Shown here one piece after another: positions 11,909 to 26,000 of a stretch of 64,000 nt of DNA. Within the stretch, counting starts at the first letter, position 1; each line of letters begins with the position of its first letter. The stretch is from Anthoceros angustus (taxonomy: Eukaryota > Plantae > Anthocerotophyta): NCBI GenBank assembly GCA_010909165.1, contig MU008169.1:1178001-1242000 (forward strand). Direction: 5' to 3'. A program made the position numbers and the translations under genes. The notes under the pieces are model-generated. The model made no database searches, was not told the DNA's origin, and was given only the letters and a program-made list of their open reading frames with translations.

Positions 11909-13559
11909 TGTTAGAAAGGGGTTCTCCACGAAACCCCTTTTTACACCTGGACGGGACCCCTTTTGCACTTGAAAAATCCGCACTATAATCGGGCTTTTGA
12001 TATTTCTCTATGTTACCCGCCTTTTGAATAATTGTTTTGATACGTTATTTGAGATTGTAGATTGCAAGTACGTGGCAAAACCTAAAGTCCCATTCTCGTT
12101 GCTTTTTTTCACAAAATTCGGCAGACTTATGCGCGCGCCCCTATCTCCAACATCCGCAATCATTGCGGTGTTGGGATACAAACATTTAGAGTTTTAGGGC
12201 TTGCTTGTAGTGCGCAAACTTGTTTGCGCTACCTTTCATTCATACTAGTCAATCCTATGACTATACTCTCGCTCAGAATTTTAGGACTTTGTTCCTTAGA
12301 CATTGGGACAATAATATCTTCTTTGGCCTGATGCTCTTGATCCACGTCTAGTGCGAGAATGAGAGTGGCATGGTGCACTTAGAGTCGGGCCCACGCGTCT
12401 CGATTCAAAAGATGCAAAGGTTCTCACTACTAGTTCAAAGTTTTAACTACTAGAAAAAGATGAGGTTAAGTAAAGATAAGAACATATCCACACTAGGGTG
12501 CTGCACAAAAAGGTTGAAAGCGTCGAAGGAACCCTTTAAAACAACAAAAATATCAAAAAAATACAAAAAAATGCAAAAATTTGTCAAAATTTTAGAGCAA
12601 GTCGCCTTGTCCTGGACTTTTGTAATTTTTAAGGGGTTTTAGGTTTTAAGACTTTTGCTCTTTTTTCTTTGGATGAACCGTCTGAATGCACTAGGAGGCA
12701 TGAACCATTTGGGTTCATCATGCCTTCTTGACCTTGGTGCGTGCACTTGTGTGCACACTTGCGCCTCCTTGCCCGGGTGCGGCGCACAAGTGCGCGCACT
12801 CGGGCATCCTGCCCCGGCGGCGCCAGGCGCGCGCACCCCTGCAGTGCGGCGCACGCGCACCTGCTCACAGTGCGCGCACAAGTGCGCGCGCCTCCTTGCC
12901 GGTGTGCACACCGGGCCCCTTGCCGTGGTGCGCACTTGTGCGCACCGCCTCTGGTGCATGCACTTGTTCACCGGTGGGCCCCCGCATGTTTGATGATAAC
13001 CCGGTACTAGGTCACGCGAGAAAGAGGCGGAAACCGTAAAGAATAAAAGGGATAGGGTGTTCTTCGTCGCATTAGGGCATAGGATAGGTATATAAGAGTG
13101 GTCTAGGTGAACCTCGCGATGTCGCTACTTGTTATTTTGTCGGGAGTTCGGCATCCTCGACCGCCAAAGGACATGCTTCCCATTAGAAGATCATTTTGCG
13201 TTCTTTTTGCAGTGCATGCACAAGTTTGCACATAAGCGTTGTTTAGAACTTATGCGCCTAGGCCCTCTGGTATACAAAAACATACAAAACCACACAAAAT
13301 CACGAAACTACGGACATGGCGAAATTATGGAACAATGAGGTCAACGCCCTTCATCACCAACTAAATCGCCATGAACGAGTATAAGGCGCGTAGCAGTGTA
13401 AATGACTCGACGAAGTGGTGCGAGAATGCGAAACCGATGGATGAACACCTACAAAACCAACAAAATCAAACCAACCGGTTCCGTGAAATAGGGTTGGGAT
13501 TTTTCCAAAACCCTTTTGACAGGAGAAACCCTTTCTAAGCAGAATATTTGTTCTCTGCA
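11909..13559. mobile_element. 1.65-kb insert, probable solo LTR, inside the copia pol
   Basis: TG..CA ends with gctc duplicated on both sides. Removing it rejoins QYRQE-LRRFKL. It has a ~20-bp near-terminal inverted repeat (tgttagaaagggg../..ccctttctaagca) and no coding capacity. Confidence 0.75.
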
Positions 13560-14345
13560 GCTCTTGACGATACTGAGTGTCGATGATAAGTTTCTCTGCC
13601 CTAATTCTTAGCAATTGTATACCTAAGCAGAATTTTAGTTCACCAATATCCTTCATCTCAAACTTGCTACTTAACATTTCCTTGACTTCTTCTAATAGCG
13701 GCTAGCTATTTGTGGCAAGTATTGCATCGTCGACGTACAAAGCTAGGACGACATAATCAGCTCCCTTGGTCAGCTTGTAAACATTGGTGTCGGCAACACT
13801 CTGGACAAAAGAACTGCTCAAAAGGTACTCGTGAATGGTTAGATACCAAACTCGACCACTCTGTTTCAGACCATAAATGGTCTTAAGCAGTTTCAGAACC
13901 TTCTTGGGGTGCTTAGGGTCTTCGTATCCTTCAAGCTGTACCATATATAGGTCTTCATCCAGTGCTCCATACAAGAAAGCTGTACAGACATCCATCTGCT
14001 GTAGGTTTAAGTCGAACTCAGCTGCAAGGGCTAATATCATTCGAATGGACTGTGATTTAACAACAAGGGAAAAAGTTTCCTGGTAATCTAGTCCTTCGAC
14101 TTGAGTAAATCCTCTTGCAACCAATCTTGCCTTATATCTAGCTATCTCCCCTTTGGCATTCAGCTTCAACTTAAACACCCACTTACAGGAGATAGGTTTT
14201 CTGCTAGGTGGGAGGTCTACCAGTTTCCATGTTTTATTTTTAACAAGGGAGTTGTACTCATCGTCAACTGCAAATTTCCATTTGTCCCGTTCAGGTCCTG
14301 AGTATGCTTCTGTAAGGGACTTGGGTTCCAGATGTATTGTACTTG
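13560..14345 (-). pseudogene. Ty1/copia reverse transcriptase (RVT_2)
   Basis: RYKARLVARGFTQVEGLDYQETFS, QMDVCTAFLYG, IYGLKQSGRVW, LYVDD, FEMKDIGELKFCLGI. Confidence 0.96.
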
Positions 14346-14469
14346 ATGCAGAATAGCAAATGTCTGCATATGATGTCCTAAAGTCGATTGACTCATATCT
14401 TGGGTCTTTCCATTGTTCAGGTGGAGGGCGATTTTTGGTTGACCGTCGTAGAGGAGGGTCAAGCTCACC

Positions 14470-16778
14470 ATCTGAGAGGGGGTCCGTTCCAGGCGTATGG
14501 AGTCCGGAATTCCTCGATCCTTGTCCACACGATACGCTGCGGACTTAGGCGGGTAACCTCGTTCGATTCTCTTCCTCACTCGCCACACAGGTCGCCCGGC
14601 CCCCTTCCGAAGCGCTCGCTCCTCTTCTCCTTCCTTCAGGAGATTGAGGTGACCCCACACATGGACGATGAGCGGGGACAACGCTGATGGGGTGGCCTCT
14701 CGTTCCTCAACTTCCTTGATTCCTGAGCAACACGGGCGAAGATGATCCGCCCCCAACCCGCTCTCTTTTCCTCTCTGGAGGGTGTGAAGGAAAACAAGCA
14801 GATTGTCACCAAGGTGGTCCACCTTGATGAGCATGTTCCAGTGGACGATAATCTTCGCCACTGCCCTCGCTCGTCGGTCCAGTAGGTCCGACATGAGCCA
14901 CCCATTAGAGGACCTCTGCGTCCCCGGCCTCATGAGGGCCACCTTCACAGCCTCCACCTTCCCTTTCACCTTTAGGGGTGTGGACCGTAGGCTCTCCCCC
15001 GTAGAAAGGTAATGGGCTAGTTTTTTTGTTTTTTGGGTGTGGAGTGAGAAATAAGACAGGGAATAAGACCAGGATGGGTAATAAGTTGGCTCCGGACCTC
15101 ACTCCGGAGTAGACAGATGGCTCCGAACCTCACTTCAAAGTAAACAGATGACTCCGGACCTCACTCGGGGTAAGAGACTTGAACCGCACTCGGCGTCTGG
15201 ACCGCTCTCGGAGTAGATCAGAGTCGGGCTGCACTCGAGTAAGTCGCGATAAATGCGCCCGAGTAACTGGAGGCGTATTTTGGGAAGAGGACCACGTGGA
15301 TGGTGCTTTGAGAGGTGGAGCATGCAGCGGACCCGGGGCCGTGGGTTGCGATGGGCCGGGTTATAGCGGTATTCAAGCTCACGGGTACGCTCGCGGTAAG
15401 GCTGGAAATGCGTGGGCCACGGCGGTGGCGTAAGACTGACTAGTAAGCCATGCGGCCTCACAGGATTCTACAGGCGTGAAGGCGGCGTTACTCGGCGGGC
15501 CCGAGCAGAGGTCATTCTTGAAACCCATTACGTCTTTCAGACACGCTCTCTTATGTCTTTTAGCGTCCGGCGCGCCAGCGCTCACCTTCGCGAGCAGAAG
15601 CGTTCGGCGCGAAGGAGGAAGGAGAATTCTTGAGCCTCAAGCTAACGGCACACGAAGAGGATACAATGGGGCCCAAGGTGGCGGAGGTTTGGGAACCAGG
15701 CGCTTGGTGGAACGGAACATTGTGACCAAGCACTACCCGGATTTCGGACCTTGGCTGGTGGAGGCGGAGGAGCTGGTGGAGGCGCTTTGGATATCTTCAG
15801 TGCGGACTTTCGGCAGGCGTCACTTCCGGCGGCTCTGCTCCTCGGCTTCACAGCCTCTGGTTGATCCTGGCGAAGATGATTCTTCCCCAATCGACCCTTT
15901 TTCCTCTCTGTAGGGCGTGGAGGAATACCAGCAAGTTGTCACCAGGTGGTCCACCTTGGTGAGCATATTCGATGGGCGATGATTTTCGCGCACGCGCCGC
16001 TTTGTCGGCGGGTCAGGCATTAGCCATCCGTTGGAAACGGTGCGTCCCGGCCTCAAAGCTTGCTGCCGCTTCCTCCCCTTCACCTTAAGGGCTGCAGGAC
16101 TATACCTCCTACTTCCCTCCGGCGGGCGGTTGTCGCCGCCGGTTCTGATCCACCTCACAGGGTCCTCCCTCGGATTCTTGGGCGGACCTCCATGTGTACC
16201 CGCCAACATCTTAGGGCGTGTTTCCGAACTAGGTCCTCGGCGTTACTATGGTCGCGTCGGTGGATCATGGAATCCAGGACGTGTGGAGAGAAGGCCGGGG
16301 TGATCGGTCAGTGTACACAATGGATGCCATTGAGATCATGATACTCGGCATGGGATAGAATAGATGGGGTTGGCAAGCGCGGTGGCGGGCAAGGTGCAAC
16401 AAAGGACGGTGAATCGGAACTTGGAGGCGTAACGGATGGGCTTGGGAGCAGCTCGAGGTGGGAAGGGCGGTCCAAGCGCATCAAGGGGTGAGCTGGCATG
16501 GTATCTGTCCGCACCACAAACCGCGCATAAAAATCGAGCGAGGCAAGAGGACCCTCGGTGCAGTGAGTGTTGATGAGGGCTTCCACCCCTTGGCCTCTTG
16601 GCACTAGCTCTTCTCCGCCCGCCTTCTCTTGGGGCTCGGAGATGGTGAGAGTCTGGGCGCTCTCTTGCCTCTCCTAGTTGGGGGATGCAGGCCGGGGTGG
16701 GGTTGGTGCAGTGTCCTCCGTCCCACAGGCGCATCACCCCTCCTGCCTCCCTTCAGCCTTCGCGCCCCGTCGGCAAGG
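14470..16778. mobile_element. Rearranged mosaic of ORF-X-family retroelement fragments, with ~15010-15810 inverted
   Basis: KVDHLGDN on the minus strand at ~14800 and ~15940. VERNIVTKHYPDFGP on the plus strand at ~15705. Homologous to 41850-43200. Confidence 0.65.
15088..15245. repeat. Degenerate ~30-bp tandem repeats (ctccggacctcact)
   Basis: 3-5 units visible. Confidence 0.6.
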
Positions 16779-17849
16779 TGTGGTGGGAGGTTCCGGGACC
16801 CGGAACCCTACTCATACTTATCCAGCTTGTCGGTTAAAGTAGGTTTCGTTCCCGAAGAGTGGGGGCCCTTTCCCGCTCGAATGTGCGCCTCACTGGCCCA
16901 GCCTCTCGACTCTCTTTGACCTCCGTCAGGTGACTGCCCCTCCTACACAGGTGACCCACCCTCGATAAGTCACACTACCCTCGCGATGACTCGTCGGGCG
17001 GACCTACGTCGCGAGCACCGCCAATGTCTGCCAGCGACCTTGGGACCCCAAATCACCGTCTGATGGGCAATCCTCCCACCCCGGTTCCTACACTCCCTAA
17101 GACCCTTCTCATGACAAATTTGGGGCCGCCCCTCAAGCTCTTATCCTGACCCTTGAAATTCCACCTTCCCTCTCTTTTCTAGGTTTCTTCCTCCTCTCTT
17201 CTCTTTTTGTCTTTTCTCTTTTCTCTCTTGCTCCTTCCTTCTCCTCTCTTGCTCCCTATCCTCTCTAGCTCCTCTCTCGTCCTCTCTCTCACTCTCTCGC
17301 TCTCTCTTTTCTTTCTCTTTTCTCTCTTTTCTCTCTCTTCTCTCTCTCTTCTCCTCTCTTCTCTAATCTACCTCTTCCACTCTTCCTAGCTAACTATTCA
17401 GGCGCCCCTCCAGCCTCCCGGCAAGCCTCGGATCATAGGGCATTGCCCTCACGGACCTAGGCGGACATTTGGGCAAGTGGCGTCCGCGTCTTTGGATTTT
17501 GCTAGGGGTCTTCCCTTTACCGATGCATCGTTGCAACCACAATGCCGCTCCTCACGCTCGAGCTACCCATGCTACCTCCGAGAAAGAAAGGTTTGGGCCG
17601 CCCTCACCACAGTCACCGCACCTCAAGACCCTACCGGACACCATGCACCCTCACACGGTCGGCCGCTTGCGCTTGTGTAGCAAGACAAGCACACAGTCGG
17701 AGAGCAAGGCATGACATTTTATTATGGGAGCTCCTCCCCTCTTATAGGAGCTCCCCAAACCCTAGCATTAATTAAGTCGGTGGGGTAGGTGGGGTTGCTT
17801 ACGGTTTTAAGTAGGTGGCCTCTTAAAGGTTCTTAACCTACCTCTAACA
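16779..17849 (-). mobile_element. 3' LTR of an Athila-like Ty3 element
   Basis: TG..CA, 1071 bp, matches 26853-27948. Preceded on the minus strand by the purine tract aggggttagtggga. Internal CT microsatellite. Confidence 0.85.
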
Positions 17850-17905
17850 ATCCCACTAACCCCTAGGGGTCTTAATGACCCATTCACTCCCCTACCAACT
17901 ATCGC

Positions 17906-20290
17906 CTACTTCTTCTTGGGTGTTGGCCCAACCACCATCTTCCTCCTCTTGGCTTGGGGTCCCGTCAGGATCTCTTCACTCGTCGTCGCGGCAGGAACCT
18001 CCACACCTGTCTCGGCGATCTTGGGTGATGGGCATCCACCCCTCTTGCAGGCGCTCTTGTAGAGGCAGCCTCTAGCCATCATCTGCCGCCAGCAATTACC
18101 TCCAGGCGGTTGGGTGTTGGTGCAACTCTCTGCCTGCCGCCAGACACCCCCACCAACTCTACCGGCCTGCTGGAAATCTCTTCCTCTTCCATTGGCTCCT
18201 CCCACATTGAGCCTTACGCATCCATTTCACTCTCCAAGTCCGAATCTCAGGCGGGGAATTCTTCAAAATCTCCCTGTCGTCATCGTGGGGACCCAACAAC
18301 TTCCTTGTCAACAAGGGCATCTCCTTAGCAAACTTGTTGACCCTAGCATGTAAGTGGACTGCATCTCACGGCCCTTCAAACAAATCTCATCAAATTCCTC
18401 GAGGCCACTCTCCACGAGGCTATCTTACCATAGCATCCCTCTCAAGCGTCACCTCACTCAAGCAGGCTGTAGTGACATTCTCGTGCATCTCTCTTCCATG
18501 CCTCCGATCCCTTCGCCATGCATAGTCAACTGGGCGTTGCTTCTGACGACGACCATCATGCATCATTTTCCTCCGGTGGGCTACCTCTTCCTTCCACGTT
18601 GGTGACCTCCGTTGCTTGCTTTGAGCTCCTCACGCTCCTTGCTCCATGTGGCTGTCCTCCTCCGGCTCCTTGAGCTTGGCCTCCGATTCTTCATTCTTGG
18701 CTTGGCCTCGGCCTCCCGGGGCAGTCTTGATGTCCCTATTCTCTTTCTTCTCGGCTGAAGAGAGCTTCTTGCGCTCCTTCCACATCGGCAGTCTCCTCAA
18801 TCTTACGATTGAGGTAGCCACTTCCTTCATTCGCTCCCTACTTTCTTGTCTCGGCCTTTGTTCTTCAATCTTGAGCCCCAACCTCTCTCCAGGTCAACTA
18901 GGTTTGCCTCGCCATCTCCTTGATAGCCTTGCTATCCTTCTCCCCACCGTAGGGCAATCGCTTGGTACATCCTGACGGCTCTCACCTCAACTCCTCTACT
19001 TCCTGTAAGGCTTGCTTCACTAATGGAGTGTCAATTAGGCGGCGGATGGTCGATCCTTCAAAGCCTTTGTCTTCTCATTCCCCTCACAGACTCGGCGCCT
19101 TTCTCTTGGTGACGGTCTCTCCACTCCCTCGATGTTGGGTGGAACTCACCGTGACTCATCATCTCACAGGGTGGGTTACATCCACCACCACCTCCATGGG
19201 GTTGCCTCCTGCACATGGTGGCACCGCCACCTCTTCCTCTTGTGCCTTGTCTCCCCAGACGTGAGGCACTTCTTCTTCCTTGGCGTCGGGGCCAGGGGTG
19301 GTCTCATCATCCGAATCACCACTGCTCCTTGCTCCACCTTGGGTTCCTCCTCCCCTTCTTCACCTTCTTAGGAGAGGGACCCTGTCGTCCCTCGGAGGGA
19401 CCACTTCAAATGGTAAGACTCCTCCAGCTCTTCTTAGTCGATGCCCCCACTGCACAAGGTAAGTACTCAAATGGCGTGCCTCGCCCCTCATTATCCACAA
19501 TGTTTGGCCTCGGACTTGTCTCGGTGATGCTCATAGGCCGACATGGTTGTCCCCAGTCGGTGAGCTCCTTGACTTCCACATGAAATGAAAGAATGCCTTG
19601 AAGTAGGTGGTTGTTGACAGTCGACCAAAACTATCCTTGTAAAAGCTTCCACTTCTGATCTTATACGTCCTCCGGCCATTCGCGTCTTGGCGTCTATCCC
19701 TCCGATGAGCATCTTTGAGAGCTTCCTCGGGAAGGTCGACCCGCTCTCTTTCCATCTTCATTCCTCTCGTGGGAGCCACCCCATCACTCTCGGTTTCGGC
19801 CTCCCATACACCTTTCGAATGTCTTTGGGCGGTCCATCCCTTGGATCATCCGCGTTCCTCCGTCGAGTCCTCTGTTTCTCCTCCGTCGATTCAAGCAAGA
19901 CTCAACCAATTCCACATTAGAATAGGCCCAATGCCTATCGTAAACCCTGGGCTGCACATTTTGTGACCTTTGTCGAAAATCCCATAAGTCTCGGAGAGAC
20001 TTGCATGGCTACAAAAATCCGGCCCCTCCTTCTCGGCGGATCCTTCTCGGCTTCTCCTTGCTTTTCTTCTTCTTCTCCTTGTGCGCTCCTCCTTCTTCTG
20101 GGCGCCTTGCGCACTCCTCCGGGGCATTGCGCGTCTTCATCTCCACGCCTTACGGGCGGTCGATCTTCTCCAAAAATCCTTCTGCCTGATCGGTTTCTCC
20201 TCGAAATTCTTCTAAGTGTTCTGTCATCCTCCAAGCCGCCTCCGTCGCTCCGTCCTTGATCCTCGACCAACTCAAATGAGCTAAACACTC
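17906..20290 (-). pseudogene. ORF-X: accessory 3' ORF of the Athila-like element, with coiled-coil C-terminus ending PTPKKK
   Basis: Frameshifted ORF chain between its own TATA (~20300) and the PPT/LTR. Duplicate at 28005-30590. Confidence 0.65.
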
Positions 20291-20294
20291 CCCT

Positions 20295-20580
20295 CTACAT
20301 ATATAGGGTGAGGAGGATTTTCCACACCCAAAGGCCAAGGACGAAAATTTCCCTGTCCAAAGGCCAAGGACCTTTCCCTTCAAGACGTTAGAAATTCCTC
20401 AACCACGAAGGCCAAGGAAGAAATTTTCCATTGTTAATTGCAAAGACCAAGGAAGAAAAATCGAGACATGCAAAATTGACCCGCCGCGTCCCTGACCCCC
20501 CGCGTCGTCTTCCTGTCAGAAACCCTCAGAAGGCCAAGGCGCTGATTTCCTCCTCCGGCGGGATGATTTCTCTATATATG
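20295..20580 (-). promoter_or_regulatory. ORF-X promoter with GGCCAAGG cluster
   Basis: TATATA at ~20300. GGCCAAGG at 20333, 20362, 20410 and 20533. Copy at 30605-30900. Confidence 0.55.
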
Positions 20581-21409
20581 CTTGCATCGCTCCTCCTTAG
20601 TCTTGTTGCGCCTCTTCTTCCTCTCGCGCGCGTCACGTCATCGCACCCTCCAAGCCTTTATGCGGAATTTTGCTGACCACAACCATGAGCCTCTCGCTCC
20701 CGTCTTCGGAGTAAGAACCTTACTGCATGTCGGGTATGCGGGCGGGAGTGACTGGCGCCGCCTCCACTAGGCCGGCACCAACCCTCCTTCTTGCGAGTTC
20801 GGCCTTGCGAAACCTCCCTCACAGCGTAAACTTTCCGGACCTCCCAGGACCTCAATCCTTTCCGGCCGTTGGACCCATTTTGAATCCGTTTTCCTCCTTT
20901 CGTCCATCGATTCGGGGGCGCAAATCTGTCCGCCGCTTCTCAACTCACAACTTCTTCTTTGTCTTCCGTCGATTGTCTGTTGGTGAAAAAGAAAAAGAAA
21001 AATAAAACCTAACTAATATGAACAAAACTAAGAGGTATATGCCCCTCTTCTAGCAAGTGGACCAAAATTTGGCGTTCCACCACGAAGGGCAAAGGGCCGT
21101 AGCGGTCTGGCTGCGTTAGTGAGGCTCCTCCTCTTTGCCTCCCTAGTCCGGCGGGGTTGGTTGTGGGCTCTTGGCTCGTTGGCGTCGCGACCTAACTCCC
21201 CTCCCTATGGTCCTCCCGTGAGTGCTCGGGAGGACTAAAGGCAGAATTTCTTCCCACACTTCCCGGGTGGCGGGGGTCGTTCAGGGCGTATGGAGTCGAG
21301 AATCCTCTCAATCTTCCTCCTCCCGGACTCGCTTGGCCTTGGAAGGGCGGCCTTCTGCCTCCTGCGCTCTCCCCTCGTGCTCTGCCTCGGGCGAGCCTTT
21401 GTCCGCTAC

Positions 21410-23020
21410 GGATCCTAGGTATCTCTCCACGGTACATCCACAGCGTGTTATCCACCCCGTATTATGAGGTGGGTTGAGATATCAAAGAACTTTGGAGGGA
21501 ATTGCTTTTCCAAAGAGCACATCACCATGACCTCTTCTCACATGGCAATTTCATGGCCCGGTATTGTCCGTGGCAAATGCATCTGTCTGACCCAGCTTCA
21601 CAACCGCCTTGTACACGGCTCTATGCACCCCGAAGGGCGATGGGAAGATGATTTCCGGCATGATGTGCAGGTCATGGCACCAAGCTTCAACTTTGCCCCA
21701 TCTAATTTTGGCTCCTATGTTAGACCCATAGCACGTGGGCAACTGTACCTTCAATTCCTCTATGACCCGGCAGGTCGTCTTTGACAAAATGTATGGCCTC
21801 GGGGCATTGGCGATCCTCTCCCCGGCGGAACCACCTTTTCCTCCATTGGATTCCATGTCCATCCTTGATGCAGGACATCTCGCTCTCCGTCAAAGTAGGC
21901 CATATGGCCTACTGCATTGTTCTTTTCACGTGCATGACATCCTTTGGCGCCCTGGCAAGCGGTGGCGCTAATATGGTAGCACCCCGATACGAGGGGCGAC
22001 ATCCGCCGGGTTCCAAAATTTCCTATGGATCTCGGTGTCGCACCTTCTTTGCGTGCCATCGGTCCACATCGAAGCGTTGGTGGCTTGGGTGGGGTCGGAG
22101 TTCGACGCATCGTATCGATCCGTATCTTGCGTCACTATCGTCTATTCCGTAACCACCTCTCCGGTTCCAACATAAATCCTTTTTAACTCCGGAGAATCAG
22201 GAATCGAGTCGATATCACACACGCACGGGTCCCTTTCACTTGCAATCGATCGGTGCCCAAGCCTTGGTAATTAAGCGGTACCAAAACCGCTGCTTGCAAC
22301 TTGAAATACCTCCTAGGATCGTTCGCTATTGAAAAGTCTTCTATGTCCACCTCTCCACGACTCTTCCGGTTCTTCTACCGGTGTTCCATATAAACATCAA
22401 AATTTTTACCATGCGGTGGTGGTATAATCAATAACATGATGACATGGGCGTCCTTTGTGCTAGCCAGGGAGGCATGTTGTGAACAAACACGAACTAGCCA
22501 TATGGACGTGTTTACAAACATGTGGCCAAATGGGTTGAAGCCATACATGGATAATGCCAACCTCAAGTTAGGCTCATCCCGAACCCTCCAAGCGCATCAA
22601 GTGCTCTCAAGCGGGGTGTCGCCATCATGGACATGTCCTCATTCTCACTTTTGCCTCCCGACATACCAAGTTATCATTTTGCTATTTACGGCATTGGAAC
22701 ATGTGTTCAATCGGCGTCTTTGGGGAAAATGCTAGAGGACCTTGCGTGGAGCGTCTCGGTCATCAAACCCTTCCTTGTCTGCGGCATGCCACCTGTGAGC
22801 AATGGACACGATCCGGCGTACTAGCCACTGAACAAACACAATCTCTCACAAGCATGGATTTTCATGTATCTTGGCCCAAACATGTGCAACATTGACTTTG
22901 CCTCGTACATGTCCTTAGGCAGCTTGTTTGGAAGTGGCAGAATATCCACACTTAAGAGCTTTAAAAGTGCTGTTACAGCGATGTCACTAATGTCATACAT
23001 GGTTTGCCACGACTGCCATG
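21410..23020 (-). pseudogene. CACTA/En-Spm Tnp2 (TnpD-like) transposase fragment
   Basis: KIHACER, RLALS..GFNPFG, CHDLHIM, FPPKFFDISTHL, WMY.VERYLG. Confidence 0.9.
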
Positions 23021-26000
23021 GTTGTCCGAATGGAAGCTTGGCGTAGGCAAATGTCCCCCAATCCGTGGTGAAAGTGGTCTTGTCTTGATCCTCCTTGCGT
23101 AGCGTGATTTGATTGTAACCAGAATAGCCATCTAGGAAAATGTACATCATGACCCGCCACCGTGTCCAAAACGCTATCCATGAAGGGTAGTGGATGGTGG
23201 TCCTTCTTAATCCGTTGAGCCTCACGAAATCTTGACAAACCACGAACCTTGCCTTGTTGCTTCTTGGGAACCACCACGATGGGCGCCACCCATTCGCTGG
23301 TGAGCGGATAAATCACCCGCCTCTAAGTCTTGGTCCAATTGGTCCTTCACAACCATGGAGTACTTGGGATTGAGGCAGTCTTGCTTCCTAGCGGCGTGCT
23401 TCCCTCCTTGAGGTCAATGCGATGGATTCCTAGCTCTTGAGGAATCCAGTCATATCGGTGACCTTAAAGGCAAATACATCTATGTACTTCCTTAGTAAGG
23501 CCTTCAACTCCTCTTGCTCCCGTCGGTGAGATACTTGGAAACTTTCACACTTTTGCGGCTTCAACTCCATGTCCTCCCTTTGCGTCGGGGTCTACATAAA
23601 CTCCTTCAGGCTCACTTGCCTCGTGCTGATCCTTCCTCGGAAAGTCGTGATCGTGGCGTGACCCTTCAAAAGGCGGCACCCTCTCGGTGCTCCTCATCCT
23701 CCTGCAAATCTTCTTCCTCCGATGCGTCGTGAAAACATGGGATCCCATCCCCATACACCATATCATTGCTTTGGCTGGTCCTTGGTAAAAATTACTCGGA
23801 CGAACTCTGCCGTGCTCACTGAAGTGTATCCATCGTGGAGACTCGGTCTCCCCTTCGTAAGTGATCGCTCCCACGATCTGTCTTTGCGGGACTGTCTGCT
23901 CGACACAAGTAACTCCACGCCTCCCAAAATCAAAGATGCAAGTGTCCCCATACTGACCACGGCCTCCCAAGAAGTACCTTGTAAGTCCGTGGCGGTCTCA
24001 TCACAATGTAGGTCGGATTGAAGGTAATACCTCCAATCACCGTGGGGATGTTCTGGCACCCCAAAGGCTTTCTCTTGATGCAGTCCGCCATTCGTGAAGA
24101 CACGAATGGGGAATTGTAAACCCAAGTCGATGTCTTGTCTCTTGGTCATCAAATTCACTCCGGATCCGTGTCCAAAGGGACATCGGCACTAAACACCACT
24201 GCTATCTCAATCTCAATCTCGGGGCTCCACAATCAACTCCACCGTTAACTTCCACTTGCATGCTCCTTACCTCTAGTGGCTCTGGTATCCCCGTATCGCC
24301 TCCTTCACGATCTTCCTCGATCTTGGACTCACCACAGAGGCTCTCAAGCTCACTACAAACTCTTGATCAAGTAGCGCATCGGCAAAGCTAGAAATCTTTG
24401 ATGCTAGAACCCCTCTTGCGGTCTCGGTACTAGCGAGGCGCAACAACGCCCTCTCTTGGTTGTTCCTCACTTGGCGCCTCTCCTTGCGCCTGCTTCTTGC
24501 CCTCACGGGTCACTCACCAGATTCAGCAAAAGACCCTTTTTGATCATTGAGTCGGCCTCCTCGATTCATCTTCCAACATCACAGCAACTTCCTTGCGATG
24601 TATGCGAGTGAAGCGTGGTCTCCACCTCCCTCATGAGTGGTTGTCTCCTCTCGCCTCGTAACCTCCGTTGGACTCTCCTTCGTCCGTCCTCTCCAACACC
24701 GGATCGGTGTCCTTTGTCGCATCTCAGGTGGCCAAGGTGAATCCTCGCGCACCTTCCTCTTCTTCTTGTCGTCTTCTCCTTTCGTCGGTCTACCCTTCGT
24801 TCCTTCTCTCGTCCTTCGGATCGTGTGGTGACCTTAGCCACCAAGGGATCTTCTCCATCACTTACTTCTCCTGCATATCCCTCCTCCACAATCCACAGTA
24901 GACACTGCAAAGCCTCTTGTGGTTCTTCTTCTTCTTAGCCTCCACCGTCAACACCGTGTTAGCTACGCGATGGCCGTCTCGTGTTGATGGGGATTGTCTC
25001 CGTTCTTTGGTTCGGTGATTCGACTCCACGGCCGTATAGGCACGCGTAACACTCCACAGGCACCTTGGATCTCCCACTTTGTGCCCCAATTCTTTGCATA
25101 CAGCGAAGGGCACATAGCCTACTGCCGTCGAGGTTCGGGCGATGCATCGCATAGTGACTGGCATTCCACGAGTTAAAACAACATCACGAGCAGACATTGG
25201 GCGTTGTGAAGGATCCGGCCTCCACGGTCTGGTGGCGGTCGTGAACTATAGCGCATCCACAGGCGCCGGTTGGTAAGTTGGCCTCATTGCTGCGGTGGTC
25301 GTCCTCCTGTCACCGCTTGTACCAGAAGCTTCATCAACATACGGTAGTCACACGGTGTGTAGGCTTCTACAGTTGTTGCATGTCTTGGCGCTTTGACACA
25401 CTCTCGATTCGTATGGCACGATTGGTGACGGATCGAACAATACACTAGCATGCGCGGTGAAGGAGATCTCCTAGGCGCTGGTTGCGACTGACCTCCAATT
25501 GATCAATCTCCTTGTCAAAGCCTCAATTTGGTTGTTTAGACCTCCACCACACGTGGCGTTGCTCCTCTCCATTCGGTCGCTCCTTTACCCTTCTTGTCTT
25601 TCTCCGGCGCTCGGCCTCTTCTTGTCTTCCACAGAATCTTCTCCAAATCCTTCTTCATTCTCCTTTGTAGGCTCACGTCCTCATCCGTGGGTGACTCTGA
25701 TGCACTTCCTTGTTCCGGTTCCGTGTGAAAGAATGAGAGGCGAGGCGGAGGATCTGCCTCCCTTATGCTTCCCATGCTCCCTCACTTCTTCCTTCGACGA
25801 CCAAGCTCATGCCTCGTAATCTTCAGCCAACTTCAATGCTCCTTGCGTAGTCGTTCCTCTCCGACGTAAACATCCATCTTAGTGGGCAACCCACTTACAA
25901 ACCAATCTAACGCGCTCATCGAATAGCCTGTGGTAGGACCTCCTGGAACAAGCTGGTCTACACCTTGGGCGATCCAAGTAGGTAGAACCTCTCCACGTAA

